DNA of 63,796 nucleotides, the filler included, from Trichomonas gallinae (Eukaryota), in NCBI GenBank assembly GCA_008369845.1. It is 8 parts of 8 records of this genome, joined end to end, with 100 filler letters (N's around TTAATTAATTAA, not from the genome) between each part and the next. Parts side by side here need not be neighbours in the genome. Positions count along the whole stretch, not along the records: positions 12,066 to 22,571 come from MRSU01000858.1; positions 22,672 to 39,583 come from MRSU01000860.1; 6 more parts are not named here. One strand, given 5' to 3'. The notes below the pieces were generated by a model that searched no databases, was not told where the DNA came from, and saw only the letters and a program-made list of their open reading frames with translations. Below are positions 21,902 through 32,800 of the stretch, one piece after another. The position numbers were made by a program, and so were the translations under genes. The first letter of the stretch is position 1. Each line of letters starts with the position of its first letter.

Positions 21902-22571
21902 AAATAATGATTTTCTTTTTGAAGATATGATATATAGAACTAGAAATGACTATTTAATAAATTTATATGTTTCAAACTTCTGTTTTTCATAATTTCAAAA
22001 TTTCAAATTGAAAACCATGGCTATTCACAGTCATTTATTGTTAAATTCGGAGAGATATATTTTACTATTTATGTAGTTTAGTTAGTCCAGTTGCATATTT
22101 TCCACCACAGAAATAGAACTGATATTTCGAATGATATAGCAACAAAAACTATTAGAGTAGCATCCGAAATGCTATTGTGGAAGAAATCATTCTTAGAAAA
22201 TGATATTTATAAAAAAAATAAAATAAACATGATCCATACACTCAAATAACAAAAATGTCACTTATGAATCGAAATAATAGATTGGTTGCAGTATTTTCCA
22301 AACATGTTGATACCCAAAAGTTATACCAAATTCATAACGCAAAATTTGAAAATCGAAAATAAGAATATTTTTTGTATTAAGTATAATATTATGTTTAAAA
22401 CATGCTTTGTAGTTAGTTAAATTCTAGTTCAGTTACTCATTATACATATGAAATCATATGAAACATAGTGACCATTAAAATGCTAGATTCTCATCAAAAA
22501 AATCCCGGTGGAGTTTTCTTGGGCTCTACTGTAGCGTCGAACCTGACACGTTTTATAAGCAGAGGCCATTT

Positions 22572-22671
22572 NNNNNNNNNNNNNNNNNNNNNNNNNNNNN
22601 NNNNNNNNNNNNNNNTTAATTAATTAANNNNNNNNNNNNNNNNNNNNNNNNNNNNNNNNNNNNNNNNNNNN
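22572..22671. other. Artificial contig linker
   Basis: N44-TTAATTAATTAA-N44. Confidence 0.98.
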
Positions 22672-22723
<52 letters not shown>

Positions 22724-22746
22724 AAAAAAAAAACAAAAAAAAAAAT
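22672..22746 (+). repeat. Poly(A)-rich tract at contig start
   Basis: About 50 A followed by A-rich sequence. Confidence 0.9.
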
Positions 22747-22767
22747 AAACGTGACACTGACCTTGAC

Positions 22768-23466
22768 ATGAACATAACTAATCGATTGTCATTGAGCCAG
22801 TGCTCAGCAATAACAAAAATCGTCCTCAATCATCACATTGGATCGTATTTTTCGTATCCTATTGAAGAAGGGGACCCTTCATTCCCTGGATATTTTAATA
22901 TTATTAAAACTCCTATGGATTTATCGACAATTCAGAATAAAATCAACTCAAAAATATATAAAAACTCAGATGAATGGTATCAAGATATGCATTTAATGTT
23001 CGAAAATGTTCGAAAATATTATGGAAAAGGAGCCTACTTTACAGGACTGGCTGCGGAGCTTCAAAAATTCTTCGAAAAAAAGGTCAAGCAATCATTGGCC
23101 GTCACAAGCAATAGTTATATAGAAGATGCAACAAAATTGCTCGAAAAAATCGATATGCTATTAAATAAACCACCGGAATATTATAAAGAAGGGTTTAGTA
23201 TCAATGCAATCCCTCAAATAGATATATCTCCAAAAGATCGATTCGAATTTGCTGTTGCAGCTTCTTTGTTGACAAGCAAATCCGATATACTTGCTATGAT
23301 GCAGATATTAGAGTCAAATGGTTATACAGTTGATCGTAAAGATGATGTTCAATCAATCAATATGAATGAAATCTCTGATCAGGGCATGAAAGAGCTCATA
23401 GCATATGCAAAACAAAGATTTAAAGTTTCTGGAGCTCCTTATCCAAAACAAGGAGACACATTTTAA
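22768..23466 (+). CDS. Bromodomain-containing protein
   Basis: F..P.......PGYFNIIKTPMDLSTIQNKI....Y....W..D..LMFEN. Confidence 0.9.
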   Translation: MNITNRLSLSQCSAITKIVLNHHIGSYFSYPIEEGDPSFPGYFNIIKTPMDLSTIQNKINSKIYKNSDEWYQDMHLMFENVRKYYGKGAYFTGLAAELQKFFEKKVKQSLAVTSNSYIEDATKLLEKIDMLLNKPPEYYKEGFSINAIPQIDISPKDRFEFAVAASLLTSKSDILAMMQILESNGYTVDRKDDVQSINMNEISDQGMKELIAYAKQRFKVSGAPYPKQGDTF

Positions 23467-23696
23467 TTTATATATTTTATTTGTTATTTTAATGTTGTAT
23501 AAATTGTTTATTTACTATTATATTACTCACAACTCAATTCTTATTTGGTTTATTTTGCTATTTTTCGTTTAATAAAATTTACGAAAATATTTTATATCTC
23601 AAAAAAATTTAAACTTATGGAATTGTTAGTATTAAAATCAGCATTTTGTTCATATAACAATGATTTAGCATCAGATTTTGATTAATCTATTAAAAT

Positions 23697-24179
23697 TTAA
23701 AATCCTGCGGATGTGCGGGAAGCTTTGCCTGCGAAAGCCTTATCATCCTTAAGAACAACACGAGCGGCAACAACTTCTGGATCACCTTCGAAGATAAAGC
23801 CTTGTTCGATTGTTTCGTCCAAGAGCAAGTATAAAAGATCGATCTGCTTGACTAAATCGTCCGCACCAACTTTCTTAAAAACAAGGCCGAGCGCTGAGAA
23901 AATTGTATCAAGAACTTCGTCAAGTAAAAGTTCGTTCGACTTTAAATCGCCAACAATAAATGCAACAACATCTTCGCATTTACGGTAAACGACAATATAT
24001 TCTTCGTGCTGCAAAACTTGGCCTTCGAAATCCTCTGATGCGCGCTTGAAAACATTATTTTCGAAATCCGCTCTTTTTGTGTCTGGAATTGAATTGTCGT
24101 AGTACTGCGCTGTGATGCGGGAGCCTGTTTGTGAGTAGAAAAAGATTGCTTTCACCTTTGTTAAATCTTGAAAGCTCAT
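23697..24179 (-). CDS. COPZ: Coatomer zeta subunit (adaptor small-chain fold)
   Basis: VKAIFFY...GSRI.AQYY, FE..VFK, IVG...NELLL, LLLDETIEQG.I.E.DP; GTCACTTTT initiator upstream. Confidence 0.88.
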   Translation of the reverse strand: MSFQDLTKVKAIFFYSQTGSRITAQYYDNSIPDTKRADFENNVFKRASEDFEGQVLQHEEYIVVYRKCEDVVAFIVGDLKSNELLLDEVLDTIFSALGLVFKKVGADDLVKQIDLLYLLLDETIEQGFIFEGDPEVVAARVVLKDDKAFAGKASRTSAGF

Positions 24180-24439
24180 TTAAAAAATTTAATCCTAAAA
24201 GTGACAAACCGATCCAATTCACATGATTTACATGTCATTTGTCAGCAAAATATATTTTACATGACAAAAATAAATATCTCGACCAAAATGACCCAAAGAA
24301 TAGATTCTAAACTTTCAAATTTTGTAAATATAATCATAATGATATTCAAATGCTATAAATTTAATTATAATAGAAATAATAAATATGACAAATAAAATAA
24401 TTTACGTGTCATAAACTTGTGTCAAAAATTATTTTAACA

Positions 24440-24806
24440 AATTTAGACTAGATATATTGAGTAACAAAATGCTATTTTAACCTGTATTGGCCCATGAGTT
24501 GTCGAAAATACCTGGAGTAGTTATAACCCGACATCCTTAAATCGTGAAAATAATATTTTATGAAAATACTGGTTTTAATTCTAATAACAATGCTAATTTC
24601 AGAACAAATTAATTTTACATGACAATTTTCGATTTTATTTGTCAAAAATTTATATAAACGACAAAATTAGACTCTATATTAAGTTTGCAAATGTTTAAAT
24701 CATGAAAATAGAATTTAACTAAAATACTGGTTCTATCATCCTAATAACAAAGAGAAATGATTTTTTTTATATTTTACATGACAGTTTTCTATTTTATTTG
24801 TCAAAA
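24440..24806 (+). repeat. Degenerate tandem duplication containing TTTACATGACA
   Basis: aatc(g/a)tgaaaata..aaaatactggtt..ctaataacaa..ttttacatgaca.ttttc.attttatttgtcaaaa at about 24541-24648 and 24698-24806. Confidence 0.75.
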
Positions 24807-24811
24807 TAATA

Positions 24812-25747
24812 TTGTGCAAGAAGAAAATCTCTTGCTTTACGATAATCATAATACTTTGCTTTGTAATTGAAATATGCTTCTTATTGTTCTTAAAACATGG
24901 TAAAAACACAAATCAAAGTCAAATATTAAAGTTATCAGTAAATCGATTTCAACAAAATGGAACCAAATCGTATTCCATTACACTTAATACGAATGACACA
25001 ATATTTTATGTTGATGCGTGGCGCTCTCATTGGTGTCCTTATTACAATGAAAGAGAATTTTTTCTTACACCAAGAATAAATGAATTTGAACATCTTGCTA
25101 GGTCAAGAGGGTTCAAAATAATGCATCTAAATTGGAAAGGCGATGAATCAAATTTTGATCAAAAAATACGTAAAACAGGAAGAGATTTAGCGAACAAAGG
25201 CATGACAGAAGATATAAAGTCTACATATCCTAACAATATGGAAGACTCAGAAAGCTATATACCCGGTTTTGTTGATAATTGCATTTATAAAAACTTTTCA
25301 AGATATGGAGAAACAAGATCTACACGGCCAAATTATGCATTATCGCTCTCAAAAGACGATATTGTTGCTCAAAATTTTAAAAGTGTTGCTGCTGAAGCTT
25401 TAGCATTGAAAGCTAAAACTGTTGTAATTCTAGGCATGCACACTAATCTATGTATACATAGTGTTGCTCAGCTTTTAAATATTTCCAATATCAGCGTTGG
25501 CTTCGTTGATGGATTACTTGATGCAGCATATTATTATCCATATCAAAAAAATACAATAAAATCACACTCACAGCAGAATAGAATCTGTACAAAATACATG
25601 TCAGAGAAATTTGGATGGATTTCAAATGTTTATAATATTTTATCTGAAATGAGAAAGATGAAATCTATTGCAACAGAACCAGAATGGATACTTAATAAAG
25701 ATAGAGTCAGCAATTTTCGTAGATATTACAAAAAAATATCGAAATAG
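24812..25747 (+). CDS. Membrane-anchored isochorismatase-like cysteine hydrolase (no in-frame ATG before the TM; possibly pseudogene)
   Basis: FYVDAWRSHWC, AR.RG..IMH and VILGMHTNLCI motifs; N-terminal TM. Confidence 0.6.
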   Translation: MCKKKISCFTIIIILCFVIEICFLLFLKHGKNTNQSQILKLSVNRFQQNGTKSYSITLNTNDTIFYVDAWRSHWCPYYNEREFFLTPRINEFEHLARSRGFKIMHLNWKGDESNFDQKIRKTGRDLANKGMTEDIKSTYPNNMEDSESYIPGFVDNCIYKNFSRYGETRSTRPNYALSLSKDDIVAQNFKSVAAEALALKAKTVVILGMHTNLCIHSVAQLLNISNISVGFVDGLLDAAYYYPYQKNTIKSHSQQNRICTKYMSEKFGWISNVYNILSEMRKMKSIATEPEWILNKDRVSNFRRYYKKISK

Positions 25748-25809
25748 AATTTAATACATATCTATCCAAATTTTTTTCAGTTCTATTGGTGGTATTTCGT
25801 TGATATTAT

Positions 25810-26295
25810 AGGAATTTATGTTTCAATACATTTCCATAATTTTAACTTCTATTCCAGGAACTGATAGAAGGAGTTTGACAACCTCATATTGACCATTTCT
25901 TATCGCCCAAATCAAAGCTGTATTGTTAACATTATCTTGTGCATTAACATCTATTCCAGGAATTGTGAGAAGAAGTTTGACAATATTATGATCTCATGAT
26001 GCCCAAATCAAAGCTGAACAATTAATAATGTCTTGCTCATTGACATCTATTCGAAGAACTGCAAGAAGGAGTTTGGCAATGTTTTGATAACTGTTTCTTG
26101 ATGCGTAAATCAAAGTTGTTTGGCTATTTTCGTCTTTTAAGTTGACATCAATCCCAGGAACACCTAGAAGAAGTTTGACAACTTTATGATGACCTTTTTC
26201 TGAAGCCCACATCAAAGCAGTACTGCGAAATATGTCTTTTGTGTTGACATCTATTCCGGGGACTGCAAGAAGGAGTTTGATAACTTTATGTTTGC
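25810..26295 (-). pseudogene. Ankyrin-repeat pseudogene
   Basis: About 99-bp units KLLLxVPGIDVNxxDxxxxTALxWAxxxG with an internal stop/deletion and no intact 5' end. Confidence 0.88.
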
Positions 26296-27204
26296 TAAAA
26301 TGTTATATTTATATACAGAGATGAACCGAAAATATCTGATTATATACATGCAGTCGGATTCTGAATAATGAATTACAGTTCTTGCCATTGCAAAAATCAA
26401 ATTTTAATTTCAAACATATTTCAAAAATATAAGGCAAAAATATTTCATTACACAACTCATGTATCTTTGTAACGTCAATGTTATGCTTAAAAATTTAATG
26501 ATATAAATTACATTTTTAAAAAATTGATTTTTAACAAGAAATATAATGTAATTCACAAAGAGTATAATGTATATGAATTATATTTTGAATGAGACGACAT
26601 AATATAAAATAAAAATATTTTTTGCTAATAAATTAAAAGTAATACACCATTGAAGCTGCCAATAAATTTACATCAATCTAATATGTAATATTTTATATAT
26701 TTTAGAGTATGAATATGCATGTTATCTAAAGATTATTTTAATAAAGTTGATTTGCACATAAAATCGTATCAATATCATTATATTTGAATAGTACATGTAT
26801 AGGGTGGTACTGAAATAAGCTTTAAAATTGGCTTTTTTGACAGCTTTTTATAAATTCACCAAAGTTAAACCTTTGCATTTTCAAGAACGCTTCTCTGACA
26901 TCACGAATCCAGAATTTCTTTTAAACATTGGTCAAATTCTGATGATTGGAGAAACGAAAATCAAAAGTGAAGTCAACTTAATTCCTTTTGATATTTAGAA
27001 TATAACATTACCAATAAATATATAGCTTACAGACAAAGTTTGAGCCAAAAATAAGAAAAATAGGAAAAATTTGATCAAACTTAAAAATACATTATAAAAA
27101 TGAAAGATATGCTTAAATATGAGTTTTTTGTTGATTTCCTTGATTTGAGGGATCTCATAGAAAAAATTAAGAAATGAAAAACGATGATTTACATAGAAAT
27201 ATAA

Positions 27205-28377
27205 ATGGGTCACGGACAGTCCCATGCTGCCGTCCCAAACAATGATCACCAGAGCCATTATTATGCACGGTTCGGGAACAATGACTGGGATAATTTGGAT
27301 TCGCCTTTTGTGTCACATGAGCAAAAATGCAATAACAAACTCTTGAAAATGTCATTCAATGGGTTATGGTCCGTATTCCAGCCTTATGGGGTGACACCAT
27401 CACCAAGAATTGGGCATTTTCATTCATACGATCCGGAAAGAGGAATGGTTTACGTTGGTTATGGAACAGACGAGAATGAGGCACTGTTAAATGATGTATG
27501 GGCACTAGAAACAACAACGCAAATATGGAAACATATAAATGTAAGCGGTTATCATGCATCTCCGCGAACAGGCTGCAGCGGAGTGTTTTGGAGAGATCAT
27601 ATCCTAGTATTTGGTGGATACACGAATAAAGAATACGTCAGCGACTTGCACGCGATATCCTGCGTAGATGGAAAATGCAATCAGATTCAAACGAGGGGAC
27701 CTTGTCCTCCTCCTAGGCAATATCCTGTTCTTGGTGTATATGAAAATAGATTCTACGTATGGGGAGGCTTTGATGGTGAATATCCGAGCGAATTATATGT
27801 TTTGAACTTAGATACGTTAAATTGGACTAAATACAATACTGGAGTATCAGGGAGGTCATCATGTCCATATACTGTAGTCGGAAGTGATGTTTACAGTTAT
27901 GGAGGATCGAAATACGCAACAATGCTTCATATTGACATGATAAACAATATAGTAGAAGAGATTACATGTGGTGGTTCTCCTCCACCTCCTGATTCCATTA
28001 ATTCTGGAATGGCTGCAACTCCAGATACAATATTCTGGTTTGGAGCAATTCCTAAGGCAGAATTTGGCTTTGTTTATGCATATGATATACATAAAAAGTG
28101 GTGGTTTATCTTCCACGTGCGTCCAGACAATGATACTGTTGGAATGGCGGATGGACGAGTAGATACGTTTGGTTTGTTCCAATTACCACTTATTCATAGT
28201 CATACAATGCAATACGAGTCAAGGACACGAACAGTTTTGTGTGTTCTTGGAGCTCCATTCAAAAATCCTCCACCAACTGTTGCTGTTCAAATCGGACTCG
28301 CTATACCTGTTATGCATCTCAGAGATGATATGCTTCAAATACTTTCCAATACATTGCCTTCTAATTTTGATGCATAA
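27205..28377 (+). CDS. Kelch-repeat protein with predicted N-myristoylation
   Basis: PSPR.GH, VFGG, VWGG, YGG blades with W; MGHGQS fits MGxxxS. Confidence 0.9.
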   Translation: MGHGQSHAAVPNNDHQSHYYARFGNNDWDNLDSPFVSHEQKCNNKLLKMSFNGLWSVFQPYGVTPSPRIGHFHSYDPERGMVYVGYGTDENEALLNDVWALETTTQIWKHINVSGYHASPRTGCSGVFWRDHILVFGGYTNKEYVSDLHAISCVDGKCNQIQTRGPCPPPRQYPVLGVYENRFYVWGGFDGEYPSELYVLNLDTLNWTKYNTGVSGRSSCPYTVVGSDVYSYGGSKYATMLHIDMINNIVEEITCGGSPPPPDSINSGMAATPDTIFWFGAIPKAEFGFVYAYDIHKKWWFIFHVRPDNDTVGMADGRVDTFGLFQLPLIHSHTMQYESRTRTVLCVLGAPFKNPPPTVAVQIGLAIPVMHLRDDMLQILSNTLPSNFDA

Positions 28378-29010
28378 ATTGAAATATTATTATAGTAAAC
28401 ATCGAATTGTTATTCATTTTATTAATAACATCCTTTATAGCTATCTTTTTCACAATCATGCCACAAATTTTAATATTTTGATTTTGATAAAAACAAAACT
28501 AAATTCATAGGATTTTTACTAGTACCAAACTACAAATATCATTGATTATAAATAAAATTTTAAATATCATATCTTATTTATGAAAAAATAAATTTTGATA
28601 TTAAATATAATTATTGCTGAGTTTTAATATTGATTATTTGAGTTTAACATATTGAATACATTCATAAGTTTATCAAATGATTCTATAATATTATCAAATT
28701 TGATTAGTGAGAAAATTATGAAAGGCATTATTAGTAAAAATGGATGCCTTGTGCTGTAAGCTATCCACAAACGGCTTCCTCATCAAAGAATTGGCATCAA
28801 AAGAAAATCAAGTTATAATTTTTGCGAATAAAAAGTTTTGCAGTCTGTACGAGCAAGCATGCGTTATATGTGTCGTTATAAACTATATGTATTGATCTGA
28901 TCTAATCCAAAAACGCTTATTTATCTATAGAAAATCGGAACAAAAAAATTGGAAAAAATATAAATAAAAGTGACAAATAAAACTGACATTGAATAAAAGT
29001 GACAAAAGAA

Positions 29011-29403
29011 ATGTTTGATTTTTTGAAATTTTTATGGTCAAGCATTCCGATAATTATGTCTATCATCACCGTGATTGTATTATTCAGACTTTCAGAGCCG
29101 AGATCTGATCATTATATGATTGCAAATTACATCTTAAACTTCGGAACATACAATGTCATCATTACAATCGTCCTTTGGGTCTACCTTTATATAAAGACAC
29201 GCGATTTGGAAAGAACAATCGGACTTTCACGCGACAGATGGCACACGATTTATCCGAGAACCGTTATTGCTATTGTTTTTTCGATATTTAGCTCCTATAC
29301 ACTTATGTGCATCGGCACATACTTCATATACAATTTTTCAGGTGTAATTATCGTAACGTTAATCTTCATCATGGTTTACCACACAATTAAGAAAGTTTTA
29401 TAA
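29011..29403 (+). CDS. Small four-TM membrane protein
   Basis: Four hydrophobic segments; two AAAAGTGAC motifs immediately upstream; first ATG 29011. Confidence 0.75.
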   Translation: MFDFLKFLWSSIPIIMSIITVIVLFRLSEPRSDHYMIANYILNFGTYNVIITIVLWVYLYIKTRDLERTIGLSRDRWHTIYPRTVIAIVFSIFSSYTLMCIGTYFIYNFSGVIIVTLIFIMVYHTIKKVL

Positions 29404-29814
29404 TAGCCGATATTGTTTTTATGTACATATACCTATAAATGTTAATTTATACACTCTTTACACAATTTATATTAATTTTTACAAATATTACGATCGCTAA
29501 TCTATCTTTTTAATGACCTGACAGCTTATTTTCTCCTCCAAAATTTTCATTGCCCCTATAATTGGTTTAGTTTTAAGTATTAATTAGATATCTATTTTAT
29601 TTTCTATATCACCATTGTTTAGAGACTAATCCAAAAAATTATATTGAGCAAAATATCATACATTTTTAATTATTCATGACATTTAAAAAAGATATCAAAA
29701 ATCAAAAAATATCAACAATCTTAGATTAATGTTTTTTTGAGTAAAAATATCTTGTATTTAAAAAAGAACATGTTTTAAGTATAATAAACAAAACATAAAA
29801 AAAAAATAATTAAA

Positions 29815-32800
29815 TTAAACTCTGAGAGCTACAGTGTTGTCATCGAGAATCAAGAGCTGCTGGACTAAGACAATCAAACCTGGCTGAAGATCACTAAGCA
29901 ATCTATCGACGGTAGCCTCGCTTTCTGGCTTGGCAACAGCCTGCTTGATATCTATAAGTTTATCGAATCCGATTTCTTTCTCCAAGAAAGCTCTGATTGC
30001 TTCTGCTCTGTATGCAATGGAATCTGTATCGTGTGCGACAGGGAGATTCAAGCTCTTGTCTACTAAGTGGAAAGAGTTGTTTTCACGCTTCTGTTCATCA
30101 TCGAAAGCAGCTTCTTCCTTGGCTTCTTTGTCATCGATGCAAAGAGCTTCTTCGATGAATTTAGCGCAGTCTTCGATATTCGATTGTTGTTCTTCAAGTG
30201 TTTGATCATTGCCAATGTTTTCGTCATTTGCATTATTTTCGTCATTAGTGTTTTCAACATCATTATTATTGTTATTATTTTCCTCATCATTGAGCTGCTC
30301 CATAACCAATGATCTGCTCTTTAAGAATTCTTTTGTGCTGCGTGAAGAGAGTGCTTGTCCGAAGTCTGGCTTCATGCCAATAGCGTTTTCATTGACAGGA
30401 GGCTCTGCTTCAACGACTGGCTTAAGTGGTTTTCTTTCTTCTTGCGCTGATCTTGCCGATGATGGTTCATCATTTGACTTCATTGCACTTCTTCTTCCCT
30501 CTGATCTTGCTGATGATGGTTCTGCGTCAGATTTCATTGCGCTCTTTCTTCCCTCCGAGGCAGATCTAGCTGATGATGGCTCACGGTCGTTGTCCTTCTT
30601 CTGTAGTCTTGCGAGGAATTTAGGGGGTGGCCTTTTAGACTTTGGTTTGTCATTCATTGCTGCTTCGATTGCGGCGAGTTCGTTGAGTTGCTCGGCTGCA
30701 GCATTTTCTGCACGTTTCCTGATTTCTCGCTGTTCTCTGTAAGCTTGTCTTCTCTCTTCTGGTGTGATTTCGTGTACTTTCTCCTTCTGCGGAGGAGTAT
30801 CATCATCCACTTGTTCTTGGACTTTTTCTGGCTCTGGCTGTTTTTCTGGTTCTTGTGGTGCTTTGCTTGCTTCAGCCATTGCTTCTTTGAGTAAGTCGTC
30901 CATATTAACATTCTGCTGTGCTTTCAGTCTTTCTCTGTTTGCGCGTGCTTCTCTTCTCTGCTGTCTTGCAAGTTCAGCAAGTTCTTCTGCTGTTGGTTCG
31001 TGCTTTTTTTCTACTTTTGGTTCATCGTCTTCGATTTTCTCTTCTATTAACTGAGGCTGCTCTTGTTGCTGAGGTGGTGCATCTCGTGGAATCTTTCCAC
31101 CGCCGTGGACACCAAATGGATTGTCTCCGAAGGCTTCTTGAACGAGCTGATCCATGTTGACACCTGCTGCTTGTGCTTTAAGTCTTTCTCTGTTTGCGCG
31201 AGCTTCTCTTCTCTGCTGTCTTGCCAACTCAGCCAATTCTTCAGCTGTCGGTTCATGCTTTTCGTGCTTTGGTGGAGAACTTTCTCTTCTTGCGCTTTCA
31301 TCTGCTGATGATGCATTAGAGTCTTCGTCACCATTAAGACCGAGCTCGAGATTTCTCATTTTCTCTCTGTTGGCTTTGGCTGCCTTTCTCTGCTCGTTCC
31401 ATGCCTTTCTTCTGTCTTCGTCGGAGATTTCGTGCTTGGCAATTCTTTCTGGAGAGTTCGATCTTGCGCTGTCGTCTTCGCTGCCCTGCATAGCTTCAGC
31501 AGCTGCTCCTCCGCCCATTTCAAGATCTTTCATCTTCTCTCTATTTGCTTTAGCAGCATTTCTCTGCTCTCTCCATGCTTTTCTTCTGTCTTCCTCGGAA
31601 ATCTCATGTTTGGCAATTCTCTCAGGAGCTTTGTCTAATGAGTCATTATCGGATTCATCATCTTTCATTGCATCAGCAGCAGCTCCACCTCCCATTTCTA
31701 GGTTCTTCATCTTTTCTCTGTTTGCCTTAGCAGCATTTCTCTGCTCTCTCCATGCTTTTCTTCTGTCTTCTTCAGAAATCTCGTGTTTAGAAATTCTTTC
31801 TGGAGCTTTATCTGATGAATCATTATCTGATTCATCGTCTCTCATTGCGTCGGCTGCTGCGCCTCCGCCCATTTCTAAGTTCTTCATCTTTTCTCTATTG
31901 GCTTTAGCAGCTCTTCTTTGTTCTTCCCAAGCTTTTCTTCTGTCTTCTTCTGATATATCATGCTTAGCAATTCTCTCGACTCTCTCATATTCATCGTCAT
32001 TAGAATCACCATCTCTCATAGCATCGGCAGCAGCTCCGCCTCCCATTTCAAGGTTCTTCATTTTCTCTCTGTTGGCCTTGGCTGCTCTTCTCTGTTCTTC
32101 ATAAGCTTTCCTGCGGTCTTCTTCCGATATATCGTGCTTAGCAATTCTCTCGACTCTTTCGTAATTATCGTCATTTGAGTCTCCATCTCTTAATGCGTCC
32201 GCGGCAGCTCCTCCGCCCATTTCCAAGTTCTTCATCTTCTCGCGATTTGCCTTAGCTGCTCTTCTTTGCTCTTCGTAAGCTCTTCTTCTGTCTTCCTCTG
32301 ATATATCATGCTTAGCGATTCTTTCGACTCTTTCATATCTGTCGTCTTCACTTCCACCATCTCTTAATGCGTCAGCAGCTGCTCCTCCGCCCATCTCTAG
32401 GTTCTTCATTTTCTCTCTATTCGCTCTAGCAGCTCTTCTCTGTTCTTCGTAGGCTCTTCTTCTATCTTCTTCGCTAATATCATGTTTGGCAATTCTCTCG
32501 ACTCTTTCATATTTATCATCATTTGAGTCTCCATCTCTTAGTGCATCAGCAGCTGCTCCTCCGCCCATCTCTAGGTATTTCATCTTTTCTCTGTTTGCTC
32601 TTGCTGCCCTTCTCTGTTCTTCGTAAGCTCTTCTTCTATCTTCTTCTGATATATCATGCTTTGCGATTCTTTCAACTCTGTTGTCTCTGTCTTCATATGG
32701 GCTGTTGTCTCTCATTGCTTCAGCGGCAGCTCCTCCTCCCATCTCCATCTTCTTCATTTTCTCGCGGTTTGCTTGTGCTTGTCTTCTCTGTTCTTCCCAG

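Noticed and set aside
22620..22829. Poly-Phe ORF, and the poly-Lys ORF at 60682-60888
   Set aside because: Translations of homopolymer tracts at contig edges
31154..32104. 316-aa plus-strand ORF and other ORFs antisense to NEK, gnd, cyclase and RPLP2
   Set aside because: Shadow frames produced by codon bias and repeats of the real genes
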